Assembly (NCBI RefSeq): GCF_001194135.2
Contig: NC_068985.1
Span: forward strand, 21,125,256-21,189,255
Source: Octopus bimaculoides
Taxonomy: Eukaryota
Reading direction: 5' to 3'
DNA: 64,000 bases
Shown: one piece after another, positions 27,090 to 37,707 of the stretch
Layout: every line of letters begins with the position of its first letter
Position numbering within the stretch: the stretch's first letter is position 1
Position numbers and translations under genes: made by a program
Notes under the pieces: model-generated
Seen by the model: only the letters and a program-made list of their open reading frames with translations
Databases searched by the model: none
What the model was told of the DNA's origin: nothing

Positions 27090-28255
27090 CATAGCAACAC
27101 ACCTATTGGTGTACTCTTAGGGTGGAAGACTCCATGTACTGTCAACATTTTTCTGGTCTTGGTATCCATTTTCTTCACTTCTATCTTTTACCATTTTATA
27201 ATTACTGCTCCATACTAAAATAATGCTATCACCCACATATTAACTGCTTGGATTTTATTCCCTCCAGTTAATTTTGACCGCGACACCAACCTCAGTCTTC
27301 AGAAATACGCCATCCTCAGTTGCTCTTTCATTTCCTTTTCCATTATCTCATTGAACTCTAGTACATCAAGGTATTTGTGTCCTTTTGTTTCAATTTGTTT
27401 AATCAAGTCTCTATTCGGTAATTCTATCCCTGCTAGGGACTGTACTTTGCCTGTTTTAGGTAGCTTATTCTACACTTCTTGAGTCCAAATTCCATTCTTA
27501 ATATCAGTACTAAAACAGTGAACTGTGTTCCCCACTTGTGTCTCATCTTTGCTATACTGCTCCAAATCATCCATAAAGTGGAGGAGCTTGATTGTTTGGA
27601 ATTTTCCCTTTAGTTGGTACTCCAGGTTCATTTTCCTAAGTATCAGGGTCAGTGGTGTCATGCAGAGAACAAAATCAACATAGATAGGCCATCACCCAAG
27701 AAAATCCCTCTTCTGATACCCAGGGTGCCCAAGTTTTTTTTCATAAGATGTCAGTTCAGTTTTCCATCCCGGCATTCTTCTCTTCAGGAAACCCGTTACA
27801 TTCCTCACAATTCCAAACAGATCTAAGCACTTGATGATCCATGAATGTGGAATCATATCATAAGCTTTGTGATAGTCAATCCAGATTTGTTCTCCTTTAT
27901 TTACAATCTTGCATTACCATTTTGTCTATCAATATTTGATCTTTGGTACTTCTGCATCTTCTCTACAGCCTTTTTGTTCCATCAGTAATATATCATTCTC
28001 ATCGAGAAATTTATACAGTTCTTCTGCAATTCCTCCTGACAGGGACTCACACATTAATGGGAATCAGGAAATTAGCATGTAATTGTCAGCAGCATTTCTC
28101 TTTGATGCATCCTTCAGGCACAACACCGTTCATGCTTTTGTCAACCAGCCCAGGATTTCTTTTCCATTGATCAATGCATTAAATTGCTCTGTGATCAATT
28201 ATGGCAACTATTGAACTTTTTTTATCCAAAATCCCTGTACACCATCAGGTCCTTA

Positions 28256-28286
<31 letters not shown>

Positions 28287-28420
28287 TTCATTAGCATCTT
28301 TTTTCAATTCTGTTTCCATTTCTTCCTGACACCTAGGGCACAGAAACATATTGTATACATTGGTAGGCCATTAAAACAAACACACCAGAATTATCAATAT
28401 CATTATTATTATTATTTAAA
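27090..28420 (-). mobile_element. Degenerate R4/Dong-like non-LTR retrotransposon RT region
   Basis: GPDGVQGFWIKKF, EQKGC, WIDYHKAYDMIPHSWIIKCLDLFG, RRGIFLGDGLS, LLHFMDDL, KLTGGNKIQAVN, KMDTKTRKMLTVHGVFHPKS across frameshifts. Confidence 0.85.
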
Positions 28421-28505
28421 ACAATTTGATATGATTCCATGTGACAAAGTTTCACAGGTGTCTAACCAAAGCCCATTTCTTTTGGGCTTCTATATGTATA
28501 TTGTA

Positions 28506-28575
<70 letters not shown>

Positions 28576-29145
28576 TTATATATATATATATATATATATA
28601 TCACAGTACTCACCAGACCATCAGATGCTGGTTACACTGTGTTTCCAATTCTGTCTCAGTTATACCATTCTTTTCCATCTTGACCCAAATTGCTTGACCA
28701 AATCATCTTCCAATCATTGTGGAGGCCTTTCAAGTGACCTTTTCCTATCACTCGAGTACCACTCAGCCACTGCACAAGTTGCGACATGTTTGAACCTTGC
28801 AACATGTTTGACTCAGCAGAACTAGTGCTTTTGATACTCTGTGATCACATCATTCACTCTGCTCCATTCCCGAATTATCTTTTTTTGTATGTGTGCTCTC
28901 TTAGTGATATTCTTAGCATGGATCTTTCCATGGCCCTTTGCATCGTAGCCAATCAAGGTTTTATCCTCTTCATAGTGACCTATGTCTCACTTGCAAATAA
29001 AAGCACAGGTAGGATGGTGTTATTGAAGAGTCTGACACATATGGTATTGTATAACTTTGTTTGGAGCAAATCCTTTATTGAGTTAATGCTTTCCATCTTG
29101 CCCTTTTTCTCTTTGCAAAAGAGAAAGAGAAAGAGAATATATATA

Positions 29146-29234
29146 NNNNNNNNNNNNNNNNNNNNNNNNNNNNNNNNNNNNNNNNNNNNNNNNNNNNNNN
29201 NNNNNNNNNNNNNNNNNNNNNNNNNNNNNNNNNN
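29146..29234. other. Assembly gap; others at 42286-42572, 44440-44630, 45556-46153, 51021-51547, 52395-52895, 57522-57752 and 61209-61218
   Basis: N runs, mostly flanked by microsatellites or repeats. Confidence 1.
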
Positions 29235-29480
29235 GTGTTTTCCTGCGTATTACCAATTGCAATAAATGGGTGCGGGTAAAAGGATATTTTACCTTTAATT
29301 TATATAGCAACAAGAAAATAGAGGGGAATATGTGGTATTCATCAACTTGCAGACATTGTATTATGTCAATTTACCTTTTTATTTTTTAACTAAGAGGACA
29401 ATAATAACAATATACAAACACATGTGACATATTATGTCATATCAGTAATTAAAAAGGACATCTAGTGACCGAAGATGGGA

Positions 29481-29620
29481 CAATGACTTACAGCTGTTTC
29501 AGTCTAGAGGTGACATGCCTCATTCTATCTATATAACTCCAGTAGGCTGAAGTAATTGATAGATGAAATGGTTGAAATAGAGGTACATGTATGATTCTCT
29601 AGGCCTCTTCAGAGATTTAG
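29481..29620 (-). ncRNA. Hammerhead-ribozyme-like motif with weak stem I
   Basis: Minus strand CTGAAGA ggcctag..(long loop)..ctagact GAAAC agct GTA agtc. Confidence 0.5.
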
Positions 29621-30049
29621 GCCTCTTCTTATTTTGTGATTTAGTGAGGGTTTTTGAAAAACAAGGGGGATTTCGCAGAGGTGCTCAGTGAACAAATTAA
29701 ACACACTACCTGGCAGTGGCAAAAACGTGAACCGATCAAGTTTATGTATAAATTTTCTTTTTTTATCTTTGTTTCCTTTTACACAACATTAAAACAACGG
29801 CTAAAAGTTTTCTGAAGCAACACCCCCACTAATTTTATCTACGAGCTGCCACTGATTACAGGTCTATTTGATCTCGGTTCAACATAGTTTCTCGCATCCA
29901 AGAATGTTTGTGGTTGAATAATACAAAGTGAACTAAGGTAAACAATTATTCCAGAACTTATCAACCACACATATAAATTACCTCCCTTTATAATTAAGAG
30001 TTGTTTCCCTTAGATGAAGCTTCTCTGCAATGAACTTCTAATTTTTTTT

Positions 30050-30284
30050 ATCTTTTATTTGTTTTAGTCATTTGACTGCGGCAATGATGGGGCATCGCCT
30101 TCGAAGGTCGTGTCGAACAAATCGGCTCAAGAATTTCTTTTTTGTTTAAGCACGGTACTTATCGGTTAATATTGCCGAACTGCTAAATTTCAGTAACGTA
30201 AACAAATCAACATCGGTTGTCAAGCATCGGTGGACATCCAAGGTACACAAACACACACAAACACACACACACACACACATATAT

Positions 30285-30332
<48 letters not shown>

Positions 30333-31080
30333 CGGACTTCCAAATCCACTCACAAGGCTTCAGTCGGCCTGGGGTTACGGCAGAAAACAGTGGGACTGAG
30401 ACCGGAACGATGTGGTTGGAAGCAAACTTCTTAACACACAACCACACCTGCGCCTATATTTACAATAATCCAATGAAAACAACGTATTTTACGAACATTT
30501 TAAAAAATAGAGGGTAGAAGATGGAAATCAGTTATCAGACTGTGGCCATGCTGGGGCATCGCCTTGAAGAATGTTTAGTCGAATGAACTGACTCCAGTAC
30601 TTTCTTTCCTTTTTATCCTGGTACTTGTTCTATCAGACTGTTTGCAGAACTGCTAAATTACGGGGAAGTAAATACACCAACACTGGTTGTCAAAAAGTAG
30701 GGTGGGGGAACACAGACACACATATTATATATACATCAGTCATTTGACTGCGGCCATGGTGGAGCACCGCCTTTAGTCGAACAAATCAACTTCCAGGACT
30801 TATTCTTTGTTAGGCTAGTACTTATTCTATCGTCTACTTTGACGGACCGCTAGGTTATGGAGACGTTAACACAACAACATCGGTTGTCGAGCGATGGTGG
30901 AGGACAAGCACAGACACACAAATATATATATTCACAACGGGTTTCTTTCTGTTTCGAAATCCACTCACAAGGCTTTATTCGGCCCGAGGCTATAGAAGAA
31001 GACACTTGCCCAAGGTGCCACACAGTGAGACTGAACCTAGAACCTTGTGGCTGAGAAGCAAGCTTCTTTCCACGCACACG
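30050..31080 (-). mobile_element. Three consecutive SINE family A copies (about 30050-30452, 30530-30725, 30735-31080)
   Basis: Each is a reverse complement of part or all of 23271-23700. Confidence 0.85.
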
Positions 31081-31521
31081 TGTGTGTGTGTGTAAAATTG
31101 AGGGTGTGGAACGAGTAAAATGCAAGCTATGTATCTTTCTTAGCTATCTGATCCTCTGATATAATAATTACACTACGAGGGGTACTCGACTTAGCGAATC
31201 ATCAAAATACATTAACTAAATGAAGGTTACATTGCCGCTTGGAATTTTCAACAAGATGTGAGTTGGATTTCCCCATAGATGTGAACTGAAATGAATTGCA
31301 AAGCCGGGGGGGGGGGAACAGAATAAAAACAAATGTTTGAAGAAATAAAACGGTCAAGAAGTAAGAAAGTAAATGATGAGGTCAAATATGTGGTAGTGTG
31401 AATCGTAAAATGTTGATAGGAATGAAGAAAGGGAGAGAAATTAAGAAAAGAAGAGGAAGGAAAAAAGGAGGGAGATAGAGAAAGAACGGTTGTCACAAAT
31501 ATTTAAGATTAGTAAAGATAA

Positions 31522-31837
31522 GTGTGAAAGCGCATGGCTCAGAGCGCTGAGCTTACGACCGCTAGGTTGTGAGTTCGAATCCCGGACCAGGTTGCATGTT
31601 GTGTTTTTGAGCAAGACACTTTATTTCACGTTGCTCCAGTTCACTCAGCTGTAGAAATGAGTTGCGACATCACTGGTGCCAAGCTGTATCGGCCTTTGCC
31701 TTATCCCTTGGACAACACTGGTGGCGTGGAGAAGGGAGACCGGTATGCATGGGCGACTGCTGGTCTTCCGGACTTGTGTCTAGGAGGGTAGCTTTCTGGG
31801 TGCAATCCCATGGTCACTCTTGACCGAAAGAGGTCTC
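31522..31837 (+). mobile_element. tRNA-derived SINE family B
   Basis: B-box gagttcgaatccc, then gagcaagacactttatttcacgttgctccagttcactcagctg, tail ccatggtcactcttgaccgaaagaggtctc. Confidence 0.85.
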
Positions 31838-31869
31838 AGCAGCAAAGTGTTGATTTCTTAGCACCCCGC

Positions 31870-32106
31870 TGGTGTATGTGTGTACGTCACGGTATACATA
31901 TGCATCCACGGCCTGCGTTTATATTCCCCACCTAGACGGGATGCCAGTCCGTCGCAAGGTTACTCATATTTCCCAGCTGAGTTAACTGGAGCAACGTGAA
32001 ATGAAGTGTTTTGCTCACGAACACAACGCGTCGCTCGATCCAGGAATCGAAACTGCAGTCTAACGATCAAAAGTCCAGGAACCGAACCACTAACTCACGC
32101 GCCTCC
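31870..32106 (-). mobile_element. tRNA-derived SINE with V-domain-like block
   Basis: Minus strand ggaggcgcgtgagttagtgg...gtttcgattcc...ttgcgacggactggcatcccgtctaggtggg. Confidence 0.7.
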
Positions 32107-32460
32107 GTCAACAGTACCACTGTGAACTATCCGCTAAGAAATCAACACCTTGCGGTCAGATAGTATTTATATTTACCCACTTCAGCAAATTTTTTTAGGG
32201 GACGATATTAGTCGATTACGTAGACCCCCAATATTTGACTGTTGGTATATTTTATTGGCCCTGAAGAAATTAAAGATAATGTCTTTAATGTGGTTTGGAT
32301 ATAGAATGTGAATTAGTGGACAAATACCGCTCTAACGATCCACCATGATCATCCTTCTCTTAATTTCCCCACCTTTCTTTCTCTCAATAATATTATTGTG
32401 TGTATAAAATATGGATAGGATAGATCCTATGAATATTGAACGTCATAAAGTTCTAAGAAC

Positions 32461-32628
32461 TACTGTTTTTAATGGCACTAAAAACGCATAGGCATATTAG
32501 ACGCACTTCGATTTCAGCAGCGCAAAACGAAATATGGTTTTGGTGCATAATCTTTAAAGCAAAGTCGCATATAAAACCCGTGGCGATTTAAAAAGAAAAG
32601 CGAGTCTAATACGCCATCAAATATTGTA
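32461..32628. mobile_element. Degenerate pogo/Tigger-like MITE
   Basis: tactgtttttaatggc...tattagacgcac versus gcgagtctaatacgccatcaaatattgta, with TA ends. Confidence 0.45.
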
Positions 32629-33157
32629 TGCGTTGTCCTTGTGGCAAGTAGATACAATCTAACTAAATGCATAGTTACATATAAACAGAAACTAAATAAC
32701 GTTAGTCTCATTTCTTTTTTTTTTACATTTTTTTTTTTACTTTTGCGACAGATTAATAAATTAGAACAAGATAATGTAGTGTACCAAGGTTGGAACAGTC
32801 CATTTCCTCAGTCAGGGTTCACCTGGGGTTAATTTGAATATGAACTGCATTTGGGCAAAATTAAATCAGACTGTCAAATAATATTTTTGAATTTTCTAAT
32901 CTAGATGGTCATCTCCAAGAAACTTATCTTTCCTATCAATTAAAAGAAACAATGGTTTGTAATCTACACAGTTACTAAAGCTTCCAACTCACTATTTGAA
33001 TAATTAGATTCAGCAGCCTTACCTACCTTGATAAATATAGCATTGAGTGATTGTATTGCGTTAAAATACCAGGCATAGACTGCGCACTAGTCGCTTGTCA
33101 ACGTGACGTCTTTGGTAGCATCAAATATCCAAACAACAAGATCCTAAAAGAGAACAC

Positions 33158-33757
33158 GGATCTATTTCAAAACGGGGACACGAGTTTTCATTTATGTTTT
33201 ATGTAGTGTTTTTGGTACCGAAAGACTTTCAAACTTCGTATACTTATCTATTTTGTGTTATAGAACAGAAAAATAGTTTTGTATTCGAATTTATTTCATG
33301 TAAAAAATTGTCTTATTTCGATAATTTCTACTAATCACTGACGTCTATTCAGTTGAAAACAGTTAGCGCTGTAACGGTGTATATCGTATTAATCCTCTAA
33401 CCATAACCCTAACTAGACTGTTAACCCTAACCCTAACCCTAACTCTAGAATCCGAACTCTAAAATTGTTACACACATAGATACGGCGTATAAATTACGAT
33501 TAAACCGGATGAAATATGTCACAGGGAATAACATTTTTATGACCGCCCAGCAGTAACTCTATTCAGCTGAATAGACGTCAGTGATTGGTTGAAATTACAG
33601 AAATACGACAACTTTAACATGGAATAACTTGCGATGTACGTTTTTTGTTAAGAAGACTAAGAGTAAAAGATGTTTTATATGACACATTCTACCAGTGTCC
33701 CAAGTTTCAAAGTGTTTCGTTAAGAAAATACTGGTGCCCCCGTTTTGAAATAGATCC
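33158..33757. mobile_element. 600-bp MITE with GG-starting TIRs and perfect 8-bp TSD (Merlin-like)
   Basis: TIR ggatctatttcaaaacgggg / ccccgttttgaaatagatcc; TSD gagaacac at 33150-33157 and 33758-33765; internal inverted block aatcactgacgtctattcag; (TAACCC)n core. Confidence 0.85.
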
Positions 33758-33949
33758 GAGAACACCTTTTCAAAGTTATCGAATGTTCTTTGCCAACCAA
33801 ATTCATATTTCTTGCACAACTTCGTAAAATGGTTTGATCATTTCAGAATATTTTGACAAATATTGACTATAAAACTTCACCAATCCTAAAAAAATTAATT
33901 CCAATTCTTTTTTGTCTTTTTTAATTAGGTTATATTTTCTGGGCGAAAT

Positions 33950-34170
33950 AAGGTGGCAAGCTCGCAAAATCGTTAGCACACCGGACAGAATGCTTAGCAG
34001 CATTCTGTCCGTCTTTACGTTCCTAATTCAAATTCTGCCGAGGTCGACTTTGCCTCTCATCCTTTCGGAGTCGATAAAATGAATAGCAATGGAGCACTTA
34101 GGTCGAGGTAATCGACTTCCTCCACCCCCCTCCGAAATGGCTGTTCTTGTGCCAAAATTTGAAACCAATA
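33950..34170 (+). mobile_element. SINE family E inserted in Gypsy pol
   Basis: aaggtggcaagctcgcaaaatcgttagcac...gtgccaaaatttgaaaccaatat. Confidence 0.8.
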
Positions 34171-34399
34171 TTTCTGGGTGAAATCCCTCCTTTGAAATAG
34201 AATATCCCCTAAAATGATATCTTGTTACTGTTAATGATATATTTCTCCGAATTAATCATATTTATGCCAATCAGTTTAAACTTGATCTCCAGATTCAATT
34301 CCTCCTCAGTAGTAGGCCCCCTGGACATTACTTCAAGTCCAAAGACTCATAGGTCCGGTTGCCCAATTTTCATAAGTGACCAAGATGAGAACATTCAGT

Positions 34400-34565
34400 C
34401 CTGAATGTTAGACCGTGAAAGGGTTGCTCATCTACAACTGAATGAACTGGAGCAACGTGAAATGTAGTGTTTTGTTCAAAAACATAACGTCCCGCCCAGT
34501 CGAAGAATCGAAACTTCGATCTTGCGATCGAAAGTGCAACATCCTAACCACTAGCCCATACGCTT
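34400..34565 (-). mobile_element. SINE family B/V-like head fragment inserted in Gypsy pol
   Basis: caactgaatgaactggagcaacgtgaaatg...ctaaccactagcccatacgc. Confidence 0.65.
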
Positions 34566-34615
34566 TCACTCTCTCCACCATATTATTTACATCCAAATAT
34601 CATCTTGAGAGCTTG

Positions 34616-34653
<38 letters not shown>

Positions 34654-35386
34654 GGTCCTTGAAAACTTTCTCTTACCCTTCCAAAAATGACACTTGCAGT
34701 TTTTATGCTACATAGCATTCTTGTCCATCTCAACTAACGAATGGAAAGTTAACAATAGTGATTCCTTTGAAATTATTTCCTGTTTGAATTTGGTGATATG
34801 CACTCTGGAAATCGAATTTTGCAAAGAATTTTGTCCCAGCTCAATGAAAGATATATTCAGTATCACATGCTGGATAAGATAATCTTGTAATTAACGCCTA
34901 CTTTACAGTCACCAGAAAAATGAAAAGCCGAGGTTTTCGTGTTTCTGGTGTTTCTACAAAGAACTGCGTACATTTCTTATTTATAATGCGAAGCCTACAA
35001 GCAGTACGTGGAGCAAGCTCTAATATTCCCAACTTAATTGTTTTTCGTAACTTCACAACTACTAACGAAAAAAAGTGAAACGGCAGTTAACAAGATTCAA
35101 AATATGAAAAAGACCTTTTTCAAATTTTTACAATTTAATACTGGTCTTATAATTTTTAAGCATACCTGTATCTACAGCGTCAATTACAATAGAATGCAAT
35201 AATTGTCACGAATAGCTACCTCTGATGTAGATGCATTATCGAACACCTTATTTGAAGACTGATACAGAGCTATTTGAAATGAACTGGGCGTATTGTGTTT
35301 CGTATTTTGAAGTTGAATATTTCAACTGAATAACTATTGTTTCTCGACTAGTTTCCCTGTTATGACAATATATTAGACTAAAACTC

Positions 35387-35970
35387 GGGAAAATGGAAAA
35401 ATTCCTTCGACCACATTGCTCTGGTAGCACTCTGTCAGATACAAGCACCGAAAAATTGTATCCTAATAGAGTACCACCAAACTACTTTCATAAACAAAAA
35501 CTCATTTTGCTTACCAGTTTACCATCTCGTGTAAATGTACCATACTGAATTGACTACAATACAGTAAAAGCTTTCCAATTGCAATGACGAAAATAAGGTG
35601 AAGACGTCGAATCTATGCAGGGCCGACAACTCAGGCAGTCACCCGGGGCGCCAAAGAGAGCTTGACAGAAACAAGGAAATTTCCACGACCGTCAGCTTGT
35701 ACACGCCGAAGTTCAGCTTGCCCGGGGCGCCAGCAACCCTAGGCCCGGCCCTGAATCTGTCACAATTCTTGGAGACTCACGAGATATTGTAAATTTCGTG
35801 ATGTAACTGTTGTGTATTTCGAGAGGAAAGCATTGGAAATTCATTCATTCCAGGATCTCTTCTGACCGCATACAAAGATTCCTTGAGAACTCTTCATTGA
35901 ATTTGGAAGAGGCAATCACCCAAGCCCGTTCTCTAGAAATTACCCAGAAAAATGCAGAGGTTCACCAATG
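35387..35970 (+). mobile_element. Decayed Ty3/Gypsy gag remnant
   Basis: MEKFLRP start, KLILLTSL, RLTRYCKFRDVTV, ISSDRIQRFLENSSLNLEEAITQARSLEITQKNAE, matching Gypsy gag of the MDKLLRP...IRQRLLEN..L.L..A...ARSLE type. Confidence 0.7.
35618..35753. mobile_element. 136-bp hAT-like MITE inside the gag remnant
   Basis: TIR cagggccg / cggccctg; flanks aatctatg and aatctgtc (6/8 match, decayed 8-bp TSD); internal cccggggcgcca twice. Confidence 0.7.
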
Positions 35971-36295
35971 ACCTCTTCCCTATCTGGAGTTGATGAAAAT
36001 TTAGAGAGCAGACCCTTTGACACTGAGTATATTAGTGCCGTCGTGAACAAATGAATTTACAGATGATGTAACTGTTGTGCTGGCCCTTACCAAAACCATC
36101 CCTTTTCTCTAGAAAGAATGAAATATACAACTGAAGAAAAAAAAATGGACAGTTTTCCCTAAGTATTTCGATAAAAAAGAACATCATTGATAGCCCTCAC
36201 TACAACAAAGATAGATCAAGGAAACGTCTCAAAAAGCTACAGTCAGCGTTTATATAATTGATAATTAACTAATATATTTAACGTGTTGGCTCAAT

Positions 36296-36310
36296 CCACG
36301 AGGTGGCGCT
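36296..36310 (+). promoter_or_regulatory. CTCF-like motif
   Basis: ccacgaggtggcgct, one mismatch to the CCAC(C/T)AGG(G/T)GGCGC core. Confidence 0.4.
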
Positions 36311-37010
36311 AGCTTTACAGATCAGGATATTTTCAATAATCTTTCACTCCTAATATCCAAAACAGATCTCATTTGTATTTCAGACATCACTGAATGTGTC
36401 GTTTGTTTATTTGTTGGTGAGGATGGGTTATGAAAAGGTGCATTTAAGTGTTTTGTCAAACTTGTGTTCCTTTATAATTCTGAGTCACAACTTCCTTAAA
36501 CAATTTATTTACAGAACTTCAAGAGAGATACTACTGGTTAGTGACATGAGAGAGATCACCGATAAAGATCTGTTACGACAGAAGTAGCACTGATTGTCAC
36601 TGAAGATGTGTGGAATGTGAGAGCGATAGTCAGCAAGTCTTAATATTGTCATTCTTGATTCTAGAACAAACGTTCATAAATTATGGCAAAAACGGAATTG
36701 CAATGGAATGTGAGAGAAAGTATTAATCAAAGAATCAAGTGGTGTGACAATAACACACTCTCATGAAAAGTTACAAATATCTCTAATTGTGTGTGTGATT
36801 GCCTATGTAATTTTCTTGCGATAATCAGACATAATTCCCAACATACACACAGGGAGAGAATATCTTTATCAGAGAGTTAAGTAGCGTAGAATTTGCAGTC
36901 AAAGACAAACTGAAGAAATCTCAAAAGTAAACTCTTTATAATCTCTTATGGGCTCCAGAAAAAAACTGTTCAAAGAATGAAGAATGCGCCATAAACAATC
37001 TCTTAATAAA
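36300..37010 (-). mobile_element. Possible gag region of the minus-strand Gypsy element
   Basis: Weak: DCKF-like and CYFC zinc-knuckle-like peptides upstream of, and collinear with, the minus-strand pol. Confidence 0.35.
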
Positions 37011-37068
37011 CGTTTCAAGTGGAGAAAAGCGACAAGATTTAGTACAATTAATTGAGAATTATAGAGGT

Positions 37069-37397
37069 ATGGATGTGCAATGGCCCAGTGGTTAGAGCAG
37101 CGGATTCGCAGTCGTAGGATCGCGGTTTCGATTCCCAGACCGGGCGTTGCGAGTGTTTATTGAGCGAAATCACCTAAAGTTCCACGTGGCTCCGGTAGAG
37201 GGTGGTGGCGAACCCTGCTGTACTCTTTCACCACAGCTTCCTCACTTTTTCTTCCTGTTTCTGTTGTACCTGTATTTCAAACGGCCAGCTTTGTCACACT
37301 GTGTCACGCTGAATCTCCCCCGAGATCTACATTAAGAGCAGGCTGTTCCGTTGATCGAATCAACTGGAACCCTCATTGTCGTAACCGACGGAGTACC
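37069..37397 (+). mobile_element. Full-length tRNA-derived SINE family C with 11-bp TSD
   Basis: A box tggcccagtggttag, B box ggtttcgattccc; TSD attatagaggt at 37058-37068 and 37398-37408. Confidence 0.9.
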
Positions 37398-37707
37398 ATT
37401 ATAGAGGTGGGGTAGGAAGTACGAGGAGATAGGTTCACCAACATAGAAACTAGTCACGCAACAGTAAGATTATTTTTTTTAATTAATTCTCTGGTAAACA
37501 CAGAGAATTAATTAAAAAAAATAATAGTTCTGCCGTTTAACTACCTGTCCTGTGTATTGCAGGTGATACACAGGACATATGAAAGGAAAGTTTTATATTA
37601 TTCAGAAAGTATTAAAACAATGGCTAAGTAAAGGTCTGAAAACAAGTATGAACGTTTAGGACAAACTTATGAAAATGCTTTTGGCAGGCAAAGGATTGTC
37701 TGTGCCA

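Larger units (their letters stand above)
32900..35210 (-). mobile_element. Decayed Ty3/Gypsy pol (RT-RNase H) interrupted by later insertions
   Basis: Collinear motifs from high to low coordinate: GMLKNYKTSIKL, GILEL, GDCKVGVN, KFFAKFDFQSAYHQI, GPTTEEELNLE, KELE.FLGLVKFYSQYLSKYSEMIKPFYE, FDATKDVTLTSD, AESNYSNSELEAL. Confidence 0.85.

Noticed and set aside
32049-32060. GAAAC-TGCA-GTC hammerhead-like half
   Set aside because: It is the antisense B-box region of a SINE head and has no CUGANGA upstream
35514-35545. 30-nt minus-strand micro-exon candidate
   Set aside because: Better explained as the antisense of the plus-strand gag remnant
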